64,000 nucleotides of DNA, taken from UHGV virus genome UHGV-0096064, one strand, 5' to 3'. Position 1 is the stretch's first letter. Every line of letters starts with the position of its first letter. Of the stretch, positions 37,256 through 45,255 are shown in pieces. The position numbers and the translations under genes were made by a program. Source of the DNA: a virus. The notes under the pieces are model-generated. The model searched no databases and was not told the origin of the DNA. It saw nothing but the letters and a program-made list of their open reading frames with translations.

Positions 37256-37864
37256 TTACCCCTCGAAATCCGAACGCTCAAGCAACGTATACGTAAAAGA
37301 ATTTCCATAGACCGACCGCGCTTTCTCCAATACTTCAATGAACTTCTTGTATTCCGCCGCCCCCGCGCCCACCGTGCAGCCCTCTGACCAGTTGTCCACC
37401 TGAATGGAGGTGTGGGTCTTGGACGACCAGTGAATGTTGATGCCGAACATCCCCCACTGGATGTCCCCATAGTCCATATACAAGTCCATGTTCTTGTCCC
37501 GGTATACGGCCACAGGCTTTATCTGGACGAGAGCCTTCTCCTTGCCCTTGTGCAAGCCCAGAGCATAGGCACCCCTGTATTGCCCCGGCACCATAACGGC
37601 CCGGCCATAGGATGGCGGGCTTATCATCGGCCCCTTGCCGGGGTCGGTGGTGCAGGCGAACCTGTCATCCACCCATTCACCATCCACCTTATATAACAGG
37701 CACAGCGTATCGTCAAATTTGTTGGTGACTTGGCGGCTGTTTCGGATGCCTACCACGTTGGTATTGTAGTCGCCCTCGGTAAACACGGCATACCCCTTGC
37801 GGCGCATGACCGAGAAAATATCGTCAAGGCTGTAGTCGACCATAGGATTCTCCTTTTGGAGCAC
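37256..37864 (-). CDS. putative endolysin (unrecognised fold; likely start at internal ATG ~37843 after AAGGAGA)
   Basis: 195-202-aa soluble protein immediately upstream of the holin. Called by position only. No match to lysozyme, amidase_2, M15, M23 or CHAP signatures by eye. Confidence 0.35.
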   Translation of the reverse strand: MLQKENPMVDYSLDDIFSVMRRKGYAVFTEGDYNTNVVGIRNSRQVTNKFDDTLCLLYKVDGEWVDDRFACTTDPGKGPMISPPSYGRAVMVPGQYRGAYALGLHKGKEKALVQIKPVAVYRDKNMDLYMDYGDIQWGMFGINIHWSSKTHTSIQVDNWSEGCTVGAGAAEYKKFIEVLEKARSVYGNSFTYTLLERSDFEG

Positions 37865-37901
37865 AGGGTAAAATAATTATGGGAAACCCTCAACAAAACC
37901 G

Positions 37902-37930
37902 TTGACATCCGGGACGAATGCGTCTATATA
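37902..37930 (+). promoter_or_regulatory. consensus sigma70-like promoter TTGACA-N17-TATATA
   Basis: TTGACA at 37902-37907, 17-nt spacer, TATATA at 37925-37930, on the plus strand inside a minus-strand block. Confidence 0.5.
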
Positions 37931-37936
37931 TGGCTC

Positions 37937-38136
37937 ACCGAAAAGGGAATGAACCACGAGCGGCCTGCCGAAGCTGGCTGGATTGACGGGGACTCGTAAT
38001 GGAAGACGGTCAGCTTGATGCTTCCCGCAACCGGTTTATATCTCTCTTTCGTAGAACTGCGCGATACCCACTATCAGCAGAACCCCCTTGGAAGGGTTTT
38101 ACCACCAACTTGTTCCTTCCAAGGGGGCTTTCTTTT
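37937..38136 (+). ncRNA. candidate ~200-nt small RNA (promoter to intrinsic terminator)
   Basis: Transcript predicted from the consensus promoter to the terminator at 38083-38136. Only a 58-codon low-complexity ORF (37999-38175) lies inside, and it runs through the terminator stem. Confidence 0.35.
38083..38136 (+). terminator. intrinsic terminator (13-bp stem, 19-nt loop, CTTTCTTTT tract)
   Basis: CCCCCTTGGAAGG ... CCTTCCAAGGGGG followed by a T-rich tract on the plus strand. Also lies 12 nt beyond the 3' end of minus-strand LRR gene 38149..39255. Confidence 0.6.
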
Positions 38137-38148
38137 GCCTATTGGCGC

Positions 38149-39255
38149 CTACCGCCAACTAGCTGGAATGTTTGAATAATTTGCCGCATTGGTACAATTC
38201 ATGAAAGTGAAGTCATGGGTCGGCGTGTTCGGGTACTTCGACCACAAGGCCGGGACGCTCGACGTAATGGCGGCATCATACGAGAACGAATGGGTGAAGT
38301 CCTCGACCGATTTGGTCGTATCGAACAACGATTCCGGCACCGTGATTAACCCTGTACAATTATTGAACACATAGGCGAAGTTGGTCACTTTGGTCGTGGT
38401 GCTGAACAGGCCAGACGGGACGACGATAATCTCAGGACACTCCATGAACGTGCCGTAAAAGCTGGTCGCCTCGGTGTTATTCTTGAAAAGCGTCGACGGG
38501 ACTTGAACCAGATTGCTGCACCGGGCGAACGTCCCGGCGAAAAGCTGCGCCTTGGAGTTGTTGGCGAACAGATTCTGCGGCACCTCACGCAACCCGTCGC
38601 AGCCGTCGAAGCAATAGGAAAAGTCCACGACATTGGGGTTCCCCGCGAACAGGTCAGCCGGAATGTCCGTCACCTTCACCAGCCCATGGAAGCAGTTCTG
38701 GAACCCGGTCGCCGCCTTGCAATTGGCAAACAAATTCTCCGGGATGGATGAAATCAGGGAACAGCCGTTGAAGCTGTTGGAGAACCCGGTACACTCCGTC
38801 CACAGGTCAAAGAGGCCCACCGGGATGGAGCGGAGATGCGAGCAGCCGTAGAAGTGGGAATAGGGGTCGGTCAGCACCGGGGGCAAGCTGTAGGTCTCGG
38901 CACCATCCGGCCCGATGTTGACAAGGGTCTCCCGAAAGAATTGGGTATGCGGGATAGCCGCCCGTTCAGGGTTGCTTCCCACGAACTGGACTTGGCGCAT
39001 GTCCTTTGCCCAGATGCGCATGGTGTAAACGCCGGACTGGTCATAGTCGTGGATGAGCTGGTCGGTATCGCTGCTTCCGGCCTTGACGGTCGTGACCTTG
39101 CCATCTCCCCACTCAATGAAGGTATCAATCAGGAATACCCCCCTCTCGTCTTCCAGATAACCGAGCGGCGCGCTCGTCCGCTTTCCCCCGGATGTGGTGG
39201 CCCCGGTGTCCACGACGAACACCATCGGCATCATATTGTCTCTGTATCCATACAT
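38149..39255 (-). CDS. LRR (BspA-like, LRR_5-type) repeat protein, paralog 1
   Basis: Repeats of F..C..L..I.IP..LF.NN..V..F...F. N-terminus MYGYRDN is shared with the other LRR genes. Start refined to an ATG 93 nt inside the track ORF. Confidence 0.7.
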   Translation of the reverse strand: MYGYRDNMMPMVFVVDTGATTSGGKRTSAPLGYLEDERGVFLIDTFIEWGDGKVTTVKAGSSDTDQLIHDYDQSGVYTMRIWAKDMRQVQFVGSNPERAAIPHTQFFRETLVNIGPDGAETYSLPPVLTDPYSHFYGCSHLRSIPVGLFDLWTECTGFSNSFNGCSLISSIPENLFANCKAATGFQNCFHGLVKVTDIPADLFAGNPNVVDFSYCFDGCDGLREVPQNLFANNSKAQLFAGTFARCSNLVQVPSTLFKNNTEATSFYGTFMECPEIIVVPSGLFSTTTKVTNFAYVFNNCTGLITVPESLFDTTKSVEDFTHSFSYDAAITSSVPALWSKYPNTPTHDFTFMNCTNAANYSNIPASWR

Positions 39256-39269
39256 AACGGCATATCCTA

Positions 39270-39285
39270 TGTGTGTGTGTGTGTG
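39270..39285. repeat. (TG)8 dinucleotide microsatellite in divergent promoter region
   Basis: tgtgtgtgtgtgtgtg lies 15-30 nt upstream of the LRR1 start codon (minus strand) and ~80 nt upstream of plus-strand gene 39366. Confidence 0.8.
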
Positions 39286-39365
39286 CATCCCTTGACGAAT
39301 CTGCCTGGCAGTGCATACTACCCCCAAAGAACACCCATTGTCCAACACCCAATACAGGAGCCAAT

Positions 39366-39953
39366 ATGGACAGACTCATTTGCGGCTACCCGGTCGTGCC
39401 CAAGGCGAAAACGCTCATGGTGTACTCCGACCCCGACTATACCAGCCCCTACCCCGGATATGCTCTGGAAGAAGTCATGAACTTCCGTGCGGACGACAAG
39501 CCCTATGTCGGCCCCGTCGAGTTTGAATACGACGACAGCATCACTGGCCCCGCGTCCGTGACGACCGACAGCAAAGGGAAAGCCACCGTCACCCTCACGC
39601 CGAACAGAGATGGCCTCTCCATCATCACATGCAAATTCGGGGGGGGAGAGTACGAACTCAGGTACAGTGTGCTAAACCATCAGGTGAGGTTCGGCGTCAG
39701 AACCATCTACCAGAACCGGAACACCTCCACAACGCTCTGGGTCAACAATAACTTGCAGGAATACAACGGGACGGTCTCCATCAAGTACCCGGCAGGGCTT
39801 ACCGGGCCGACCAGCGGTAAGATAAGCGCCGGGGCGATGGCAATCACCATCAACGGCTCCACGCTCGGACGCAAACAGGTCGACGTCCAGTTCGGCGTGC
39901 AGACCGCCTACTGCGCCGTGGAAGTCATTAAAGACCCGATGCCTCCTCAGTAA
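39366..39953 (+). CDS. hypothetical secreted/Ig-like protein
   Basis: 196 aa from an ATG preceded by AGGAG. Thr/Gly-rich beta composition (TVTLTPNRDGLSIITCKFGGGEYELRYSV). Confidence 0.45.
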   Translation: MDRLICGYPVVPKAKTLMVYSDPDYTSPYPGYALEEVMNFRADDKPYVGPVEFEYDDSITGPASVTTDSKGKATVTLTPNRDGLSIITCKFGGGEYELRYSVLNHQVRFGVRTIYQNRNTSTTLWVNNNLQEYNGTVSIKYPAGLTGPTSGKISAGAMAITINGSTLGRKQVDVQFGVQTAYCAVEVIKDPMPPQ

Positions 39954-40027
39954 CCCGTACACCCCCTGTCATTCCGGCAGGGGGTTTCGTTTTGAACAGG
40001 ATTGACTATCCATTACCCCCCTTAAAA

Positions 40028-40055
40028 TCCTTTGATAAACCCTATCATCAAAGGA
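40028..40055 (+). promoter_or_regulatory. inverted repeat TCCTTTGAT-N10-ATCAAAGGA overlapping the SD of gene 40063
   Basis: Perfect 9-bp arms. The right arm contains the AAGGA Shine-Dalgarno 8 nt upstream of the ATG at 40063. Confidence 0.5.
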
Positions 40056-40062
40056 TGGAACC

Positions 40063-40695
40063 ATGTACGGATATTTGGAAAACAAGGGCAGGGTCATGGG
40101 AAAACTCGCCTTCTCCTGCTCTTGGAACTTCGTCGGCGACCTCGCCAACAACCCCCGGTACAACGCGCTAGTGACGACGCCGAACCTCCTCTTCCTCTCG
40201 ACGTCCTATGAAGAGCCGGGAGCGGATGACGGGATGGAGTTCACCTCAAACGGCCTTGTCTGCACCGAGGGGTCGATTGCCACGAAGACGCAAACGGATT
40301 CAAGCTGGACAATCTCAGGACTTACGGGGTCACAAATCAACATGGGCGCGGGTTCGGCCAATGCCTTCAACATCATCAACTACCTGACCGCATGGGTCTG
40401 GAGTCCGAAGAAGGAACAGTGGTATTCTCTGGGCACACTCCCCTCGTATGCACCGGGGTCTCCGACTTCCGTCAACACCGACCAGCACCTGTCGATGGAT
40501 AGGCAAGGCGAGGTGAGCTACCTCGAAGCCAAGGAACCCTCTGACGACCACCGCATCATCCGGTGGGAAGACTTCGACTTCCACTTCCAGATGACGGCGG
40601 TCTATACGGACAAGTACGAGAGCTGCAACTTCAAGGAACCCATCGTGAACGTGCGCTTCGGCGCGCCCTACGAGTTCGACCCCGACTACTTCTAG
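40063..40695 (+). CDS. hypothetical protein (N-terminus MYGYLENK resembles the LRR paralog N-termini)
   Basis: 210-aa ORF on the opposite strand to the surrounding LRR genes. Confidence 0.5.
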   Translation: MYGYLENKGRVMGKLAFSCSWNFVGDLANNPRYNALVTTPNLLFLSTSYEEPGADDGMEFTSNGLVCTEGSIATKTQTDSSWTISGLTGSQINMGAGSANAFNIINYLTAWVWSPKKEQWYSLGTLPSYAPGSPTSVNTDQHLSMDRQGEVSYLEAKEPSDDHRIIRWEDFDFHFQMTAVYTDKYESCNFKEPIVNVRFGAPYEFDPDYF

Positions 40696-40801
40696 AAAAG
40701 GCCGGAATGGGGCCTAGGATGGCGATAACGGGTCAAGATAGCGTTGGATAAGGGATGAGGGATTGCGAGGCTCTGGAGGGCGTTTCTGCCCCGGAAAAGG
40801 T

Positions 40802-40834
40802 GAACCCCTCTCAAGTTGCAGTTGAGAGGGGTTC
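40802..40834. terminator. strong hairpin (13-bp perfect stem GAACCCCTCTCAA/TTGAGAGGGGTTC, 7-nt loop)
   Basis: Between convergent genes 40063..40695 (+) and the small membrane ORFs (-). TTTT follows on the minus strand. Confidence 0.5.
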
Positions 40835-40939
40835 GGAGGACTGGTCATGTCCATACGTTGGAGTACGTATACGGCAGGAGACCGAAATCAGGATGTTTCC
40901 TTAATTACCCCGCCAGTATACCCCGGACGGGGCTTGAAG

Positions 40940-41071
40940 TCAACAGCCGCCCCATCGCTCCATCGCGTAGATGAGGATGCAGGCTATCACCCATCCCCAG
41001 AAGATGCCGCTGCACGCGGCCCAGAACGGGACGCACAGGAAGACGAACGTGAGGAACAAGATGTAAGCCAT
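40940..41071 (-). CDS. small hydrophobic membrane peptide (43 aa), below track cutoff
   Basis: MAYILFLTFVFLCVPFWAACSGIFWGWVIACILIYAMERWGGC. Start codon 1 nt after the stop of 41073..41264. Hand-derived. Confidence 0.3.
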   Translation of the reverse strand: MAYILFLTFVFLCVPFWAACSGIFWGWVIACILIYAMERWGGC

Positions 41072-41072
41072 A

Positions 41073-41264
41073 CTAAAGAGTTCTCGTGGCCCAAAGGATG
41101 AAGGCGATGCAGGCCAAAAGGCTCACCAGCACGGCGCAGGCAATCGCGAAATCATCCGAGGGCACGGCCTCCCGGTTCTGGCAGGGGCACTGGACGACGA
41201 TGGTTTGGCACACAGGCTGGCACTGGACAGGCATCGGATACTGAACGGACGGAGAAGCATTCAT
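41073..41264 (-). CDS. small membrane protein (63 aa, C-terminal TM helix)
   Basis: Cys/Pro/Gln-rich N-terminus, hydrophobic C-terminus (AIACAVLVSLLACIAFILWA). Confidence 0.35.
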   Translation of the reverse strand: MNASPSVQYPMPVQCQPVCQTIVVQCPCQNREAVPSDDFAIACAVLVSLLACIAFILWATRTL

Positions 41265-41304
41265 ATCGAGGACTCCTTTGGGTTAAATGGTTCGAGAACG
41301 GATG

Positions 41305-42916
41305 TTACTTCCAATCGTCGGGAATGTCAACGTAGTTGGAAGCACTGGTCACGTTGCGGAAACACCTGCCATGGTCGGCGACATCAGGGTATGTCGTCCA
41401 TAGCGTGGGTACGGCGCTTGTTACCTGTGAGCAACCGAGGAATGTACTTACAAAACTTTCCACTTTGCTCTTATTGTCAAACAACCCGGACGGGATGCTC
41501 TTTAGAACCTGCCAATTCGCGAACGTATTCTGGAAAGATGTGACATCCGGCTGGTTCCTGAACAGTCCGGCGGGAATCTCCACACCAGCCCACCACTCGG
41601 AAAAGGCGTTATAGAAGTTGGTCGCCTTGATATTGTTGGCAAATATGTCTTCCGGTATATGCGTCATCTTGGACAAACCGGCAAACACGCTGCCGAAGTT
41701 AGTAACCTTGGTGTTCTTAGCGAAAAGGTTCGCAGGGATTTCTCCCACGATACTCTGACATCCGCTGAACGTGGCGAAGAACACCGTGGCATCCGGCTAG
41801 TTGTCGAACAGTCCTTCGGGTATCCCCGTTATCAGGCTGCAATCGGAGAACACATAGGAGAAATCGGTAATCTTGGGATTGTTGGCGAACAATTCCGCCG
41901 GGATAGTACCCGTCACCTTGTAGCAGCTTTCAAACAGATACTCGACATCCACGAGTTCCGTCATGGCGCTCAGGAGATTGCCCGGAATGGAACCCGTGAG
42001 GTTCCTGCAATTGTCGAACAGATGGGCCACGGTGGTGACTTTCGTATGCTTGGAGAACATGGAGGGCATGGGATTGGCCCAACTCGAACAATTTTGGAAG
42101 GTCGATGCAAACGAAGTCACTTCGAGATTGGTGTCGAATAATGTCGTGGGCACCGAAACCAGCGAGGTGCAACCATAGAACGTGTTGGTGAAGTCGACGA
42201 CTCTGGTGTTCTTGGCGAAAAGTCTGGACGGGATGGTGGTGATGCCGCACGTTGAGAATGTACCGTAAAAAAGTCGTGACGTCCGGGCAATTATCAAAGA
42301 GGTTGTTGGGAATGGCCTTGATGCCGAGGCATCCATAAAAACAATCGGAAAAACTGTTGACCTTGACGGTCTTGTCGAAGAGACCGGATGGGATTTCCGT
42401 CAAACCGGAACAGGTGTGGAACGTGGAGTTGAAGGTCTCGGTGTTCGGATTGCCGTCGAAAATCCCGGCGGGGATGGCCTTCAATTTGGAGCAGCCGTAG
42501 AACGCGCCCTTGAACGCGGTCGGGACAAGTTCCGGAAAGCTGTATCCGGTAGGGTCTTTCGGCACGATGCCGACAAGCGTGTCCTGCCACAAGTCCATGT
42601 TCTTTATGGCGTTCGTAAACGAGCACTTGCCGAGGTCGTCCGCCGTCACTCCTATGACGTACTCGCCCGGCGTCGCGTAAGTATGCGTGGCGTACTCGTC
42701 GAAATAGGCATCACTATACTCGATGCCCTTGGGGATGGTCGTAATGGTGCCGTCGCCCCAATCCACTTGTACGGCAGTCTGCGTTTTATAACCAGACATC
42801 ATATTCTCGAACGCATGGATGGAGCTCATGGCTTTCGTATTGCCCGATGTCGTAGCCTCGGTATTCACGACACAATAGACGTATTCCCTATCCTTATGAT
42901 TCAAATAAGCATACAT
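41305..42916 (-). pseudogene. LRR (BspA-like) paralog 2, disrupted by in-frame TAG (41797-41799) and a +1 frameshift in an A6/T6 run (42267-42272)
   Basis: Three track ORFs (41930..42940, 41797..42336, 41305..41784) are one continuous LRR reading frame. It reads DVTTF|YGTFSTCGITTIP across the homopolymer if one T is removed, and GLFDN-TAG-PDATVFFATFSGC across the stop. Confidence 0.65.
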
Positions 42917-42938
42917 AATGATACTCTCCTTATTTTCC

Positions 42939-42948
42939 ATATATATAT
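42939..42948. repeat. (AT)5 dinucleotide repeat upstream of LRR2 start
   Basis: atatatatat lies 23-32 nt upstream of the SD-preceded ATG (42914-42916) on the minus strand. Confidence 0.6.
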
Positions 42949-42992
42949 GGGGATTCAGTCAAAGAGCGACGCCATGTGAGGTCAGGAGGGGA

Positions 42993-44708
42993 CTACTTCC
43001 AGTCGTCAGGAATGTCGGCGTAGTTGGTCAACTTGCTGCAATTTCTGAAACATTTAGTTCCATTGGCGTCAGGATGAGTGACCCACAAGTCGGGAGCTGT
43101 TCCAACCAGCTTGTAACAATTCTCGAATATCTGGTGGAAATCCTTGATATTCGGATTGTTCACGAAGAGGTTCGTTGGCAGCGTCGTCAAATTGGTGCAT
43201 CCATTAAACATCATCTCCACGTCATCCAGAGCAGGATTGTTGTCAAACAACCCTTCCGGGATGGCACCCTCCAACGTGTTCAAACTATAGAAAGCGTAAG
43301 CCAAATTCTTTAACTTGGGGTTGTTGGCGAACAGCTTGGCGGGAATGGAGCCGTTGAAATCACAACCGTAGAACACGCTGTCGAGATACGTTAGCTCCGG
43401 GCAATTGGCAAAAAGATTCTCAGGAATGGGGCCGTTCAAATTGCATACCCTGAACAAACCGGAAAAAATCTCGGCAAGCGGGTTATGAGCGAACAACCCT
43501 TCCGGAATGGGGCCCACCAAACCATCACAACCATAGAAACAGCCGGAGAAGTTCGTCACTTCGGGGCAATTGGCAAAAAGGTTTTCAGGGATAGTTCCTG
43601 TGAGTCCCTCGCAGAACCGGAAGGTATCCGAAAACGTCTGCACCTTCGTGCAATTGGCAAAGAAGTTCTCAGGAATGGCACCAGTGAGCTTCTCACATTC
43701 ATAGAACGTCGCCTCGAAAGAAATAACTTCGGGGCAATTGGCGAACAAACCCGCAGGCAGGGAACCCGTCAGGCCCTTGCAACCGTAGAATGCAGAGACA
43801 AAGGTACCCGCCTTCCGGTTATTGGCGAAAAGATTCTCAGGAATGGAGCCAGTGATATTTTCGTCAAAATAGAACAATCGGTCAAAAGTGTAAGCTATGG
43901 TGTTGTGGGCAAAAAGGTTTTCAGGGATAGGCCCTGTCAATCCAGGGCAGTGGCTGAATACATAGGCGAACGATGTCACATTGGGATTGTTGGCGAAGAG
44001 ATTCTCAGGAATTTCAGTCAGTCCCTCACAACCATTGAACACGCTGTCAAACTTGTAAACTTTTGGACAATTGGCAAAAAGGTTTTCAGGGATAGACGTG
44101 ATATTTTCACAGCTATAGAATGTGGAAGCAAACGACTCGACCTTGGTGTTCTTGGTGAAAAGGTCTTCGGGAAGCGCACCCGTAAGTCCAAGACAATAAT
44201 AGAACGTATTTTCAAAAGTGGTGGCGTCTACGTTTTTGTAGAATATGCCTTTAGGAACCTGCGTCAACTTCTTGCAACTATAAAAGGCATAAGCAAGTCC
44301 GTCATGCCGGAAAACAGGCAGCGAATAGGACTCGGCACCCTTGGGGCCAATCCCGATAAGAGTTCTTCTATAGACATTCCATTCACTCTGGTTGATGTCA
44401 TAACCATGCAACTTGCAGACGCTGAAATCATCAGCGTAAACAGTCACAGTATATTCGCCGGGGGTGGCATAGTCATGCGTGGAATATTTATCCCAATACT
44501 GTGAATAAAACTCCGTACCCTTGGGAATTTCGGAAATTGAACCATCACCCCAATCAATAGTAATTGCCGTCAGGGATTGCTCATCAAGACCAAAGCTATT
44601 GAATGAATATACTGGAACCACAAACTCGGTATCACCCTCGTTGGTGGCCTCGGTATTTATAAGAAAGATAAGGCTTTCACGCGGCTCATTGTCACGATAA
44701 CCATACAT
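42993..44708 (-). CDS. LRR (BspA-like) repeat protein, paralog 3 (571 aa)
   Basis: About 18 LRR_5-type repeats (FxxCxxLTGxIPExLFANxP.V..F). Start refined to the MYGYRDNEP ATG with AAAGGAGA upstream. The track ORF extends a further 234 nt upstream. Confidence 0.7.
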   Translation of the reverse strand: MYGYRDNEPRESLIFLINTEATNEGDTEFVVPVYSFNSFGLDEQSLTAITIDWGDGSISEIPKGTEFYSQYWDKYSTHDYATPGEYTVTVYADDFSVCKLHGYDINQSEWNVYRRTLIGIGPKGAESYSLPVFRHDGLAYAFYSCKKLTQVPKGIFYKNVDATTFENTFYYCLGLTGALPEDLFTKNTKVESFASTFYSCENITSIPENLFANCPKVYKFDSVFNGCEGLTEIPENLFANNPNVTSFAYVFSHCPGLTGPIPENLFAHNTIAYTFDRLFYFDENITGSIPENLFANNRKAGTFVSAFYGCKGLTGSLPAGLFANCPEVISFEATFYECEKLTGAIPENFFANCTKVQTFSDTFRFCEGLTGTIPENLFANCPEVTNFSGCFYGCDGLVGPIPEGLFAHNPLAEIFSGLFRVCNLNGPIPENLFANCPELTYLDSVFYGCDFNGSIPAKLFANNPKLKNLAYAFYSLNTLEGAIPEGLFDNNPALDDVEMMFNGCTNLTTLPTNLFVNNPNIKDFHQIFENCYKLVGTAPDLWVTHPDANGTKCFRNCSKLTNYADIPDDWK

Positions 44709-44738
44709 ATTGGTTCTCCTTTTTGTCCTTTCTATACA

Positions 44739-44748
44739 AGAGAGAGAG
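44739..44748. repeat. (AG)5 dinucleotide repeat upstream of LRR3 start
   Basis: agagagagag lies ~31-40 nt upstream of the ATG at 44706-44708 (minus strand). Confidence 0.55.
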
Positions 44749-45255
44749 CTGGCAAGGACTGGAGCGGGACAGGGTGTGGGCCGGGAACTGGACTGGAAAT
44801 TTCTCCGAAAAAATTTTGGAGGGGGTGAATGCTGTGGATTCAGACGGGGGTCAACGAAGCCCCCACCCCCCCTCGGACTGGACTCATCTACGAACTCGGC
44901 GTCGACGGTGTCGCGCAATGTAGGTTGGCACAGGAATTGCATAGGAAAAGTTGCTCGAAGTCGCGAGCGTTCCTATATATGGAGTGGCCGGGGCGCGCCA
45001 AGTCCTTCGTCCAAATCCCCCGCCGGGCCGTCCCTACCCTCGACGCCCTCGACGCCCTCGACGCCCTCCCGCCCGCCTCACTCCATCACCTTGATGAAGC
45101 GGCCTGACGCGCCGCCTGCTCCACGTTCGCGGCTCATCCCTACCTTATATATACCCTGACCTTTTCGCCGCAAGCTGACGCGCTTCCCGTCCTGCTATGT
45201 CATCAGCTCCATCCAGTCCCGCCAGTCCCGCCAGTCCTACCAGACAACCAAGTGC

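Noticed and set aside
39256-40940. Invertible-segment (shufflon-like) explanation for the plus-strand genes flanked by LRR genes sharing the MYGY leader
   Set aside because: No site-specific recombinase gene in the window and no matching inverted repeats at the segment boundaries. The shared leader is only ~12 nt.
41797-41799. In-frame TAG in the LRR gene as evidence for genome-wide stop-codon reassignment (as in some gut phages)
   Set aside because: All other large genes (2516-aa, 1471-aa, 1029-aa, polymerase, helicase) are read uninterrupted in the standard code. No suppressor tRNA is seen in the window. The same gene also carries a frameshift, so local pseudogenisation or error is more parsimonious.
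45040-45066. (CTCGACGCC)x3 tandem 9-mer
   Set aside because: Short, GC-rich microsatellite inside non-coding DNA. Noted, but with no obvious functional implication beyond possible assembly instability.
44710-45159. 149-aa plus-strand ORF (and overlapping 66- and 92-aa ORFs) upstream of the LRR3 gene
   Set aside because: Low-complexity Gly/Pro/Arg translation across a promoter region containing tandem (CTCGACGCC)x3 and (CCAGTCCCG)x2.5 repeats. No SD or start context. Judged non-coding.
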